Of a DNA stretch of 64,000 bases, positions 46,220 to 58,621 are shown one piece after another. The position numbers were made by a program, and so were the translations under genes. Location: NCBI RefSeq assembly GCF_018350175.1, contig NC_058382.1, positions 17,918,001 to 17,982,000 on the forward strand, written 5' to 3'. This stretch comes from Felis catus. Taxonomy: Eukaryota. The notes under the pieces were generated by a model. It searched no databases. It saw only the letters and a list, made by a program, of their open reading frames with translations, and had not been told where the DNA came from. How positions within the stretch are numbered: position 1 is the stretch's first letter; every line of letters begins with the position of its first letter.

Positions 46220-47909
46220 CAGACATACCTCATCTGATCGCGCTTGGTGGCTATTACATTTTTTACCACTTGAAGGTTCGTGGCAACCCCACCTCAAGCG
46301 AGTCTATTGGCGCCATTTTTTCCGATAGCATTTGCTCACTTTGTGTCTCTGCATTACATTTTGGTAATGCTCGAAATATTTCAAACTTCTTCATTCTTAT
46401 ATTTGTTTCGGTGGTCTGTGATCGCTATGTTTGACGTTACTGCTGTAATATTGTGGGGCAGGTACCATTGGCATCACCCCTATAAGACGGCAAACTTAAG
46501 CCGTAAATGTCGTGCGTGTACCCCACTGACGGCCGTTCCCCTGTCTCTCTCCCCTCCTTGGGCCTCTCTCTTCCCTGAGACACAACAATATTGAAATTAG
46601 GCCAATTAATAACCCCACACGGGCCCCTGAGTGTCCGAGTGAAAGGAAGAGTCTCTCTCACTTGAAATCGAAAGCTGGAAATGATTCAGCCTAGCGAGGA
46701 AGGTAAAAGCCAAGACAGGCTCTTACGCCAGTTGGCCATTTGTGAACGCGAAACAAACGTTCTTGAAGGGAACGAAAAGTGCTACTTTAGTGAGGATGTG
46801 AACAAGAAAGCAGACGGCCTTGTTGCTGATGTGGAGAAAGCCGGAGTGGTCTGGACAGAAGATCAAACCAGCCACGGCATTCCCTTAAGCCAAAGCCTCA
46901 TTCAGAGCATTCTCTTCAATTCTGTGAAGGCTGAGAGAGGAGGGGAAGATGCGGAATAGTTTGAAGCTGGCAGGGGTTGGCGCACGCGCTTTGAGGAAAG
47001 AAACCTTGACACCCAAGTGCAAGGTGAAGCAGCACGTGCTGAGGTAGAAGCTGCAGCACATTCTCCAGAAGGTCTAGCTAAGATCCTTCATGAACGTGGG
47101 TGCACTTAACACATTTTCAGCGTAGGTGAAACAGCCTTCTCTTGGAAGGAGATGCCGTCTAGGGCTTCCTGAGCTGGAGAGAGGTCAACGCCTGGCTTGA
47201 AGGCTTCAAAGGACAGGCTGACTCTCTTAACTGGGGGCGAACGCAGCTGGCGACTTGAAGTCGAAGCCACTGCTCATTGACCATTCTGAAAATCCTGGGG
47301 CCCGTGAGAATTCTCCTCCATCTACTCTGCCTGTGCTCCGTAGAGGGAACAAGGCAGGATGGCAGCATGTCTGTTTACGACATGGTTTACTGGATACTTT
47401 AGGCCCAGTGCTGAGACCTACCGCTCAGAAAAAAAAAAAAAAGATTCCTTTCAAAGTATTACTGCTCACTGACAATTCCCCTGATCACCCAGGAGCTCTG
47501 ATGGGATGTGTAATGAGATTCATGAGGTTTTCATGTCTGCCAACACAATACCCCTTCTGCAGCCCATGGATCAAGGAGTACTTCTGACTTTCGAGTAATA
47601 TTATTTAAGAAATACATTTTGTAAGACTATAGTTGCCATAGATCGTGGATCCTCTGATGGATCTGGGCAAAATACATTGAGAACCTTTTGGAAGAGATTC
47701 ATCATTCTAGATGCCATTAAGAACATTCGTGATTTGGGGTGCCTGGGTGGCTCAGTCGGTTAAGTGTCCGACTTCAACTCAGGTCATGATCTCACAGTCC
47801 GTGGGTTTGAGCCCCGATCGGGCTCTGTGCTGACAGCTCGGAACCTGGAGCCTGCTTCTGATTCTGTGTCTCCCTCCCTCTCTCTCTCTGCCCCTCCCCC
47901 ACTCACATG

Positions 47910-47940
<31 letters not shown>

Positions 47941-49661
47941 ATAAATAAACATTTAAAAAAAGACTTTTTTAAAATGCTAGTTCCTCGAGGGGTGCCTGGG
48001 TGGCTCCATCGGTTGAGCGTCCGACTTCAGCTCAGGCCATGATCTCACAGTCTGTGAGTTCGAGCCCCATGTCAGGCTCTGTGCTGACAGCTCAGAGACT
48101 GGAGCCTGCTTCAGTTTCTGTGTCTCCCTCTCTCTCTGATCCTCCCCTGTTCATGCTCTGTCTCTCTCTGTCTCAAAAATAAATAAACATTAAAAAAAAT
48201 TTTTTTAAGAACATTGGTGATTCAAGGGAAGAGTTCAAAATAGCAACATGAACAGGATTTTCGACTTCCAACCATCGTGGATGACTTTGAGGGGCTCAAG
48301 ATTCCAGTGGAGGAAGTAATAATGGATGTGGTGGAAACAGCAAGGATTGGAGGCTGGAGACAGGACCCCGTTGCTGCGATGCCATGACCACACCGAAGGG
48401 ATGAGGAGGTGCTTCTTAGGAATAAGCAAAGACAGCAGATTCTTGGGGACCTGGGTGGCTCGGTCAGTTAAGCGTCCGACTCTTGATCTCGCGGTTTGTG
48501 GGATTGAGCCCCTGGTCGGGCTCTGTTCTTATAGTTCAGAGCCTGCTTGGGATTCTCTCNNNNNNNNNNNNNNNNNNNNNNNNNNNNNNNNNNNNNNNNN
48601 NNNNNNNNNNNNNNNNNNNNNNNNNNNNNNNNNNNNNNNNNNNNNNNNNNNNNNNNNNNNNNNNNNNNNNNNNNNNNNNNNNNNNNNNNNNNNNNNNNNN
48701 NNNNNNNNNNNNNNNNNNNNNNNNNNNNNNNNNNNNNNNNNNNNNNNNNNNNNNNNNNNNNNNNNNNNNNNNNNNNNNNNNNNNNNNNNNNNNNNNNNNN
48801 NNNNNNNNNNNNNNNNNNNNNNNNNNNNNNNNNNNNNNNNNAATGCAGAAAACTTCAGTGTTGTCTTAAGAAATTGCCACAAAAGGGGCGCCTGGGTGGC
48901 TCAGTTGGTTAGGCATCCGACTTCGGCTCAGGTCATGATCTCGTGGTCCGTGAGTTCGAGCCCCGTGTCAGGCTCTGTCCTGACAGCTCAGAGCCTGGAG
49001 CCTGTTTCGGATTCTGTGTCTCCCTCTCTCTCTGACCCTCCCCCGTTCATGCGGTCTCTCCCTGCCTCAAAAATAAATAAACGTTAAAAAAAAAAAAAAA
49101 AAAGAAATTGCCACAATCATCCCAACCTTCAGCAACCACCCCCATGGACATGGAGGCGACACCCTCCACCAGCAAAAAGATTATACTTGTCGGAAGTTCA
49201 GATGATGGTTAGCATTTTTAACAATAATGTATTTTTAAAAAGTTTTTAAAAACATTTTTAATTTATTTTTGAGACAGAGATAGAGAGCGAGTGGGGGAGG
49301 GGGAGAGAGAGAGAGGAAGAGAGAATCTGAAGCAGATTTAGGCTCTGAGCTGTTTTTAGCCCAGAGCCCGAGGCGGGGCTTGAACTCACAAACTGTGAGA
49401 TCATAACCTGAGCCGAGGTCAGATGCTTAACTGACTGGGCCACCCAGGAGCCCCAGCATAAAGTTTTTTTTTTTTTTAAATTAAGACATGTACATTGTTT
49501 TTTAAAGGCATAACGCTATTGCACACCTAATAGACTATAGTATAGTGTAAACATAATGTTTACGTGCACCGGGAAACCAAACAATTCCTCGGACTCACTT
49601 TACCGCACTGTTTGCTTTAGTGCCTGATCTGGAACCCAACCTGCAATGTCTCCAAGGTGTG
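46220..49661 (+). mobile_element. Tigger1-type (TcMar-Tigger) DNA transposon, near full length, decayed, carrying five nested SINECs and the assembly gap
   Basis: TA|CAGACATACCTC start, 'gaaattaggccaattaataacc', transposase remnants (WTEDQTSHGIPLSQSLIQS, FKVLLLTDNSPDHP, QPMDQG) and a terminal segment 'ggaacccaacctgcaatgtctccaaggtgtg'. Nested SINEs at about 47735-47960, 47989-48200, 48445-48559, 48885-49103 and 49255-49455. Confidence 0.88.
48560..48841. other. Assembly gap (282 N)
   Basis: Run of N. Confidence 0.99.
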
Positions 49662-49921
49662 GATTTCAGCTCCGTAGGACTTGCAGTACCTCGTGGAAGC
49701 CACAGGGAGGCGAACCCAGCTCTCCCAGCGCAGTCGCTCAATTCGGCTGACTGACAGGTGGCTTCCTGGAGTGAGGGTGATGGATGGAAAGAGCTGGAAC
49801 TCCGGTCTCCTGGAGCCAGCCCCTGAGGGATTGAGGGAGAAGCCGAGGTGGTCAACATGGTTCTAGACTCTCGGGGTGTTCCTGGTCCAAGGCTTGCTGA
49901 GAACAGCCCTTTAAAGGGTCA

Positions 49922-50119
49922 GGGCGCCTGGGTGGCTCAGTCAGTTAAGCGTCCAACTCTTGATTTTAGCTCAGGTCATGATCTCACAGTTTGTGGGATT
50001 GAGCCAAACGTCGGGCTCTGTGTGGACAGTGTGGAACCTGCTTGGGATTCTCTGTGTCCCTCTTTCTCTCCCCCTCCCCTGCGCTCTGTCTCAAAATAAA
50101 TAAACTTAAAAAAAAAAAA
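49922..50119 (+). mobile_element. SINEC
   Basis: Head, body and A tail. Confidence 0.88.
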
Positions 50120-50324
50120 GCATTTAAAGTGCCACTGGAAGGAGGCAAAGGCCCTCTAACGTAAAGGACTCTCTAAGGGGTGCGTGGGTGGCTCAGTCGG
50201 TTAAACGTATCTAATAAAAGGAGAGACCTTTCTCCTTCCTGGGTCTTTGCAGTAGCTCCGTTTTAAAATAAAAAAAATGTTTATTAAAAAAATTTTTTTA
50301 ATGTTTTATTTATTTAAAAAAATT

Positions 50325-50958
50325 TTTTTTAAAATGTTTATTTATTTTTGAGATGGAGAGAGACACAGCATGAACGGGGAAGGGGCAGAGAGAGAGGGAA
50401 ACACAGAATCGGAAGCAGGCTCCAGGCTCTGGGCCATCAGCCCAGAGCCCGACGTGGGGCTCGAACTCATGGACCGCGAGATCGTGACCTGAGCCGAAGT
50501 CGGATGCTCAACCGACTGAGCCACCCAGGCGCCCCAATGTTTTATTTATTTTTGAGAAAGATACACACAGTGAGAGCAGGGGAGGGGCAGAGAGAGAGGG
50601 AGACACAGAATCCGAAGCAGGCTCCAGGCTCTGTGCTGTCAGCATAGAGCTGGACGCGGGGCTTAAACTCACGAACCGAACCGAGAGATCATGACCTGAG
50701 CCAAAGTCAGACGCTTAACCAACTGAGCCACCCAGGCACCCCAAATGTTTATTTGTTTTTGAGAGAGAGACAGAGACAGAGACAGAGACAGAGCACATGC
50801 GGGGGAGGAACGGAGAGAGGAGACACAGAATCTGAAGCAGGCTCCAGGCTCCAAGGCATCAGCACAGAGCCTGACGAGGGGCTCGAACTCACGAACCTCG
50901 ACATCATGGCCTGAGCCAAAGTCAGACGCTTAACCGACTGAGCCACCCAGGCGCCCCT
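50325..50958 (-). mobile_element. Three head-to-tail minus-strand SINECs
   Basis: Units at about 50325-50535, 50536-50742 and 50743-50958. Confidence 0.9.
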
Positions 50959-52449
50959 GAAAGTAACTTCTTGACATAGCCCTTGACTTTCATTTTTTCC
51001 CCCTAAAACCCATTCTCCCATGACAACCAGGAAGGATCCAGGCTCAGAATCCTCCACAAGTTTTTTTCAGTAGCCCTAGAATGAAATCCCAACTCCTCAC
51101 CATGGCTCGGGGTGATCTGGCTCTGGCCTCCCTCTCCCCTGTCAACCTGGACCGGCTGCGAGAAGCTGGCGGGGAATACCTGTCCCTGGAGCTCAAGATC
51201 TTCGGAAGACTGGAGCCTTAACTGCTTTCGGTCTACATTCAAACGCCCTCCCGTAGGCAGCTGAACCAAGGACACCTACCCCAAGCGCTATCACATCACC
51301 CCTGTTGTATTTTCCTCCCGGAACTTGTCACTCTCTGAAGTTATCTTGTTTCCTAATTTTTTTTTTTTTTTTAGATTATGATCCGTCCACAGATCATGAT
51401 GCGTTCCACAGGACAGGTATCTATCTATCTTATCCATCTTGAATTCCCAGCGCTGAGGCCCAAAGCGGCCGCTCAGTAAGTATTGGCCAACTACAGAATG
51501 GAAGGAGGGATCAGAATTAAGTGGGATCAATCCAGGAAGTCTTCCTGGGAGAAGCTTAATAAGCAAAGGGTACATAGGGACAAAAGGTGGGCGGCAAAGG
51601 AAGAAACCAGACCTGCTGGGCAACGTGGCTGCTTCGTTGGGTGTGATAGTAACATTGGTAGAGGCACAGGAGAGGAAGGGACGGGGATGTCCTGAATTCT
51701 GCCTCCCATTACCCCACACCCCGACCCCCTTTCTCTTCAAAGATTCTAAGCTTTTCACCTGGGTGTTCACCAAGGTCCCAAGGGCCCAGTGTGTATCCCT
51801 TCAAATCCCGTATTCCCTCTCGGAACCCAGGAGGCTGGCTCCCAGCCCCTAGGCGTGTCTGTAATGTAGCAATCAGGGCTGGGCCTCGCCTCCTACCCAC
51901 ACTCAAGTTCTGGCAGATTCGGGGTGGGGTGGGGGAAGGCCTGTGGGAAAACAGGGGTTTACTGGTATTCTCAGAGAAGGAGCTAGAAGCTCAGCTAGAC
52001 TCGGAGATGGGTTGACACACAGCCCATGTGACTGACTCTGCCTGACGCCATTAACCCTACGTGATGCATCCAAAGCGACGCTGAAATCCGGCGACTCTCC
52101 TGCCGCCCGTTACCCAAACCGCCAGGACGGTGAGGATCCCCTGTCCCTCCCTTCTCCCACTTGCCCAACCGTCGGACACTGGGCACTCGCGGGGAACACA
52201 AACCCACTGAGGCAGTATAGGGACACTAGATTCTAAAGCTAGCGCTTACAGCACAAATCACGTTAAGGTCAAAATTGTCCTTGAAGATCCAGCAGGAAGG
52301 TACCAGATGGAAGCAAAGCAGCCCAGCCAGCCAGGATTGTTTTGGCTGTGCACACTGTGCTCGGAGGCATGACACAAAAGTACCTGACTGTAAACACGGA
52401 ACTGTAAAGCCACAACTAGAACTAACAGGTGGTCTGTAAATACACGCTC

Positions 52450-52989
52450 GGGGTCGCCTGGGGGGCTCAGTCGGTTGAGCGTCTGACTTTGGCTCGGGTC
52501 ATGATCTCGTGGTTCGTGAGTGTGAGCCCCACCTCAGGCCCTGTGCTGACGGCCTGTCAGTGCACAGCCCACTTAGGATCCTCTGCCCCCTCTCTCCACC
52601 CCTCCCCCCACTTGTACTCTCCCCAGTATTAGTCAATATTAGAAAAAAAAAAAGGCACACTTGGTAAGGCAAAGTCTCCTACTACAAGAGGCACCTGGAG
52701 TCTGAGGGCAGTCGTAGGTTCATTTTGGGGCATATGCTTGTTGAGGGTCATTAATCTCTTTTTTAAATTATATATATATATATATATTTTTAATGTTTAT
52801 TTGTTTATGAGAGAGAGAGAGAGAGCATTAACAGGGGAGGGGCAGAGAGAGGGAGACGAAGAATCCAAAGCAGGCTCCAGGCTCTGAGCTGTCAGCACAG
52901 AGCCCGAGCAGGGTTTGAACTCACGGACCACGAGATCATGACCTGAGCCGAAGTCAGACGCTTAACCAACTGAGCCACCGAGGCTCCCC
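52450..52989. mobile_element. Two SINECs (52450-52652 plus, 52788-52989 minus)
   Basis: Heads and tails. Confidence 0.87.
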
Positions 52990-53961
52990 AAGGGCCATTC
53001 ATCTCTTAATTTTCTGTCTCCATTTTGTCAACGGTGTTGACAGGTTAACTCACTGAAATTAATGCACGGATGCTTGGAGCTGCTCTCTATGGCTGTGCCG
53101 GCTGCATGCCGCGAAAGGACACCTGGGGCACTGACGGGGGTTACGTGCAACCTGCCCCCCAACTTTCTAGACGGGTCTAATTCATGCCAGGTGCCACGTG
53201 GGCTGGCCGGGGCCCCCTGTAGGACACTACTCCACAGTCCAGCAAAGGGGCAGTACGGGGCAGGCCCTGGAATCCCGGGGTTCTCATGCTGGCCTCGCCA
53301 GGCACCGGCCGTGTGACCGGGGCTAAGTTACTTAACCTCTACGTGCTGCGGTGCCCCTGCCTGTAGAATGTGGATAATTATAGCACCTGCCTCACAGAAT
53401 CACCGTGCTGTTTCAACGAGCTCATTCATTTGGAGCACTTAGCACCACCGGGCCTGCCGCCCCACAAGACATCCGCATGTTGGCTAACATTGTTAGCAGC
53501 ATTAGCATGAGGTGGGGAGGAGAACATCGGCAAGCCAACTGGTTACAAAAGAAGCCTAGAGCCAAACGGGTGATGTGTTTGGATCCTCTGCCGCTTTGGA
53601 TCTGCGGGGCAGAAGCGTTCCTCCATTAGCTGGGCCTAACCGGGGGTGGGTCACACGGTATTCCCCTTTGTGCGCCCTTCATTCCCTCCGCCCCTGGAGT
53701 TCGTTCACCCTATGCTGACCCGATGGTGGCTAATAAGCTCCTTCAGTCACTGTTAATTAATTAGTAAGAATTCATTACACATAAAAACCTGTGTCCTCCA
53801 GAAAACCTTTTGGGAGGTGCTCCACCCACCCCAGTCACTTTCTCACTTGTCCCCTCCAGCAGCCACTGCCACCTGGTCACCCGTGCTCAGTGAGCGTTCC
53901 TCAAGCTCTGTCTCTTCAGGTGGCTCTGCAAAGGGGGATGTGCTATTATAAAAACAGAGGA

Positions 53962-54170
53962 GGGGCATCTGGGTGGCTCAGTCCGTTGGGCATCCGACTT
54001 TGGCTCAGGTTACCATCTCACGGTCTGTGAGTTCGAGCCCCGCGTCGGGCTCCGTGCTGATAGCTGGGAGCCTGGAGCCTGCTTCGGATTCTGTGTCTCC
54101 CTCTCTCGCTGCCCCCTCCCCTTCTCACACTCTGTCTCCCTCTCCCTCTCAAAAATAATCAAACATTAAA
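53962..54170 (+). mobile_element. SINEC
   Basis: TSD-like AAACAGAGGAGG on both sides. Confidence 0.9.
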
Positions 54171-55476
54171 AGAAACAACAAACAGAGGAGGCTTCTTGAG
54201 GCTACAGAGGGGCCAAGATTGGGGTGTGGGGGGGGCAGCATGGGAACTGAACCGAAGCGCCAGCTTCTGGGGTTCCTAAAGATCGTTTGTGAGTGCCATC
54301 TAGCCCCTCTACCCCAGGCCTGCCATCCATGCGCACACTGCACCAGGTTAGGGTGAAGAGGCTTGCTCTTAAATAAGGTCTTGCTATGGTCAGGCTATGT
54401 CCCGACACCTCCCCATTACACCAGGAACTGGCTGGGCCACCTGAACCTCACAGTAGAGAAGGTGGCTTGATTAGGATATTTTGTCACTTAGAGGCGATGC
54501 AGCTGCCGAGCTGGGGAGCGGGGCAGCGGGGTGGGGTGAGCCCACTGAAATGGAGAAGGCACTCAAAGTTCAGGATCTAGCTCTTATCTCCGAGTGGGTA
54601 TCTTTAAGACCTGCTTTGTGTTTTTGTGTTGTTTTCTTTCCCCCTGTGCTCTCTATTCTTTGTTTTCTTAGCTCAAGACAGTCATGTCTCTGAAGACCCG
54701 AGAATTGGAGATGGGCAGCTGGATGACGGATAAAGGAGGAAAGCGTACTTGGTGGAAGGATGCCTGACCCCTAACGTATCCAATCTAACAGATGCTGGCT
54801 CTGCCCGCACTCTGTGGAAGGCACGGCGGAGGGCCGTCTAAGGGTGATTGAGATAGAGTTCTCGGAACTCACGACCTGAGAGAGAAACAGATGAATTGCC
54901 GTGGCAATCCCAAGAAGGGAAGGGTATGGGGAGGGTTGGGGAGGGCAGTGAGGGATGATGGGAAAAATCAGGGAAGCTTCACCCAAGATGGAGGTCAGGT
55001 TCTGAGAAGTAGAGACGACAGAAGGGCATTTTAGGATAAGCAAGAGCTTGGCAAGATGGTTGGAGGACAAAGAAGGGCAGATGTGGCAGGGAGTCCAGTC
55101 TGGCCAGAATGTGGGGTCACGTGCAAAGTTGGAGAGGCAGGTTGAGGCCAGAGCGCGAAAGGCCTTCGGTGCCATCTGAGGGGTTTATACAGAGTTGGGT
55201 AGGGTGGGAAAAAGCCTGAATTATAAGAGCAGAATGAAGGATGTAAGGGAAAGAGACAAAGGCAAAAGGAGAGGCTGCTTGGGTGACACTGCCAATCCCT
55301 TGGAGGGACAGGTTCAACCTGTCTCCATCCCAGCTCCCTTTGCATGAAGCACCCCATCGCCATCTCACCTTCCTAGTGCCTGGGGCAGAGTGTCAATTGA
55401 GAAATCCAAGATAAGTGGGGAACAGTCTACACCTCCCGCTCCCAGAGCCCCGGGGGCGGGCGATGGGATCTGGGGG

Positions 55477-55534
55477 TGAGTCAGTGGGGTGGGGACCCCA
55501 TTTCTGCTCATATCCACCTTCCCGGGAATATAAA
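55477..55534 (+). promoter_or_regulatory. KRTDAP promoter: AP-1 site, KLF-type box, TATA
   Basis: TGAGTCA 55477-55483; GGGGTGGGG; TATAAA 55529-55534; ATG at 55581. Confidence 0.75.
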
Positions 55535-55580
55535 GGGCAAGCGGTGAGGCCCCGCCTCAGAGCACCCCGAACCTGACACC

Positions 55581-58511
55581 ATGAAGGTCCCAGTCCTTCC
55601 TGCTGTGGTTCTTCTCTCGCTTGTGGCGCTCCACTCTGCTCAGGGTGCCTCCCTGGGTACTTCCGAGGTGAGCGCGGCGCCTGGATTCTCCTGTTCTTAC
55701 CTATTACCTCCCTCAGTCCTCGATTTCTTTACCTGTACGCTCTACTGGACGCGTGGCTCTTATGTTGGACGCGATCTTTGCTTTGAATGCAAAGCAGGGG
55801 CTCTGAGGAAGGGAAGACAGGAGGAAGGGAGACAAAGTATCCCCAGGAAGACATGTATATGGATGTGCTTTGTTTCTGGAAGGGGTGGGGAGAGGATGGG
55901 CGGAGGCTGGACAACTGAATCCTGGGAGGAGACAGGGGCTGATGTTGGTCATCTGGGCTCAGCCTCACCTGCATTCTGTTGGTCTCCCAGGGAATGTCTT
56001 CCGGGAAACTGGAAGCTTCCTCCTGTCTCTGGAGCCCAGGCCATAGCAAGGATCCCTAGGCTGCAGTCTCCAGCCAGGAGGGACTGGAGGCCCCTCTCTC
56101 CCCATCTTCTCCCAAGGTTGGGGGAGAGTGTGCTGAATTTAAAAGTCTAAGATGGGGTCATGGGCACAACTGCTTGGGACCCAAGCAAGTGAAGTCGGTG
56201 AGCAGGCAGGCTGGCGGGGCCCCAGGGGAGGTGGGGGGAACCCACCCAGTGGAAAAAGGGACAGTCCATCTGGCTGTGGCTAAGCAGGAAACTGCACCTG
56301 GTGTGGCCAGAGCTTTAAAATTTTCAGGGGGAAACCGGGAATTTGATTTGGGTATTCTTACTAATTAAAAATGTTTTATCCAAATTAAAAAAACAAAAAC
56401 AAAATGGGCCAACCTCCTGTAAGAGCTAAACATTTGGGTCTAGCCTGTCGGGTACCCGTTTGCGGCCTCTGTCACGGGAAGGAAGAAGTAAGGGACAATG
56501 AAGCCGGACAACTAAAGCAGGGCAAGTGGCAAGATGGGATGCTCTGAGGTCTGGGGGAGTGTCTGCATGGGGAAGGGAAATGGTGACTCCGACTTTGGTG
56601 GCAATAAAGTCACCAAGCAAACCAGCCTCCATCAGTTAGAGGCAGGCAGGGCACCTGGGCGGCCTGGCTCCTACCTGTGTGCTAACCTCCCCCACCTGGC
56701 TCTACGGGCCGAGCAGAGGTGTCTCAAGACCAGCCCAAGTCAACTGCACGGCAACACTAGCTCGGTCTTCCTGGGAGGAGTCGTCTCTTCTCCACCCTTT
56801 GCACCTGCTGCCTGCCACGGGTGCAGGCCTGGGCTGTAGCTCCTCGCCCACGCCACTCTCCAATCCCTTCTCGCCGCCTTGCTCATCTGTCCGCCATCTG
56901 TCTTACTGGAACAGAACAGGTTATCCGAGCCCCACGGAGGAGAACGGGCTGTCGGCTCGGGGACCCGCCTGTGGAGGAGGGCAGGGCTGGCGGAGAGGGT
57001 TTGGGGACGAGGACTTGCCCTTACGTGATCAGTAGGCTTTCCCCCTTCACTTTCCAGGAAGAAACCACCATCGGTGATTATGCGGCAGGCCCTGAGGTAA
57101 ACATCCTGCTTCCCCCCTCCCCGCCCCCAGCGTGAGTCTGTGCCCTCCTCCTCACGCTCCTTAGCCACCCTCACAATGCCCCGTCTCTCTGCCTAGAACT
57201 TTAACGCTCAGTTCTTGAACATCGACAAGTTGCGTGCTGTAAGTACCATTCTCCAGTGCTGCCCCCCAATACCCACAGCATAAAGACCAATGCCTTGGTA
57301 GAGGGCTTGTAAAGCCACCGTGGACCCCTCACCTCTCTTAGGGGGCCGGGGGCTGAGCTCTGTCCTCCCCTGAAACTGATCCTCTTCTGGTCTCTCTGTC
57401 TCCACAGGCTTTTAAGCCCGATGAATTCCTGAACTGGCATGCCCTCTTTGAGGTAAGAGCGTGGGCACCCCTTCCTCTCCTTGACCGTTCACAGGCTTTC
57501 TAGGGTGGGGTCGACACGTTCTAGTAATAATAGCCCTTTTGGGTCTTTCCTGAGTTCCAGGAGGGAGTAATTGCCCCGCCTGAATGTTGCCCGTCGGGAG
57601 AAAGTTTCTTCGGGAGGCTGACATGGCCACGCTTCTTTTCCGCACGAGGCAGGGGGGGAGCAGGGCCATAAAGACATTTCCAGAGAAGGCAGAACTTAAT
57701 CAGCCAAGAGTTTCTTTGAACCCACATACCATCTACGAGGAAACTGAGGTCCTAAGTTGGGGGGCCTTGCCCACACTTAGAAGGCAAAGTCCGCGACAGG
57801 GTGGGCTTTAGAGGTTGTGTCGTGAGACTCTGCTCACACTTGCTATGTGCCCCCCCCCCCCCCCCCCCAGATACCTGGTCTCTGAGCCTCAGCTTCCTCA
57901 CCTGTGATGAGGGCGTGACAGTGCCTCCCTCAAAAGGCAGCTGTGCAGCCCAAATGAACGCATGCCTGCAGAGCAGTCAGTATAAGGCAGACGCGGAACA
58001 AGGGCTCAGGGAATAGCAGCTCTTCCTAGAATTACAGAACGAGAACACCATGGCCACTACAGACAGCTCGTTCACTGAGCGTTCACGGATCCACGTTCCC
58101 CTGACCTGTAACACATCAGTCTCGTTCTTTCTTTTCTCTCTTAGTCTATCAAAAGGAAACTTCCTTTCCTCAACTGGGATGCCTTTCCAAAGGTAAGAGG
58201 TGGTGGGCAGCAGGAGGATAGAAGTCGGTGGTGAGGGAAGCAGCAGACGATCTGGGAGGAAGGGCGGACAGGTAACGAGATAAACCTTTCTGTCACTAAA
58301 GCTGAGGGAAATCTCAGCTACTGTCTTTAGAGAATAAGACCTGAGATCAGGGTGGAGATTCCCTTCCATCGCTGCCCCCCCCACCCCGCCCTGCCCCGTC
58401 CTGGGCTTCAGGGGGACTCCAGCTCCCCGCACCCGAGGGTCCCCAGTCTGACCATACCCTCTCCCCCTCCAGCTGAAGGGTTTGAGGAGTGCAACTCCCG
58501 ACGCCCAGTGA
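55581..58511 (+). CDS. KRTDAP: Keratinocyte differentiation-associated protein; 99 aa, secreted, 6 exons
   Basis: Exons 55581-55667, 57058-57096, 57197-57238, 57408-57452, 58145-58192, 58473-58511 (GT-AG, phase 0). Protein: MKVPVLPAVVLLSLVALHSAQGASLGTSE-EETTIGDYAAGPE-NFNAQFLNIDKLRA-AFKPDEFLNWHALFE-SIKRKLPFLNWDAFPK-LKGLRSATPDAQ*. Confidence 0.96.
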
Positions 58512-58615
58512 CTGTTCCCCTCAAGACCCAGCACTGCTGACACCCGCTGGAGGAGGGGCTAAGTGTGGGATCTGATCACCATCTTGTAATCACTCTCTCC
58601 GGGCTCAGCGACACC

Positions 58616-58621
58616 AATAAA
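58616..58621 (+). terminator. KRTDAP poly(A) signal AATAAA
   Basis: About 105 nt after the stop codon. Confidence 0.85.

Noticed and set aside
46681-47587. Domesticated TIGD-like transposase gene
   Set aside because: The Tigger ORF is broken by stops, frameshifts and SINE insertions
48326-49087. Long ORFs spanning X runs
   Set aside because: Artefacts of the N gap
45200-55400. A hidden fourth cluster gene with FLNW-type micro-exons between DMKN and KRTDAP
   Set aside because: I scanned by eye and found no module exon with splice sites; the interval is mostly transposon-derived. An HMM scan would be more decisive.
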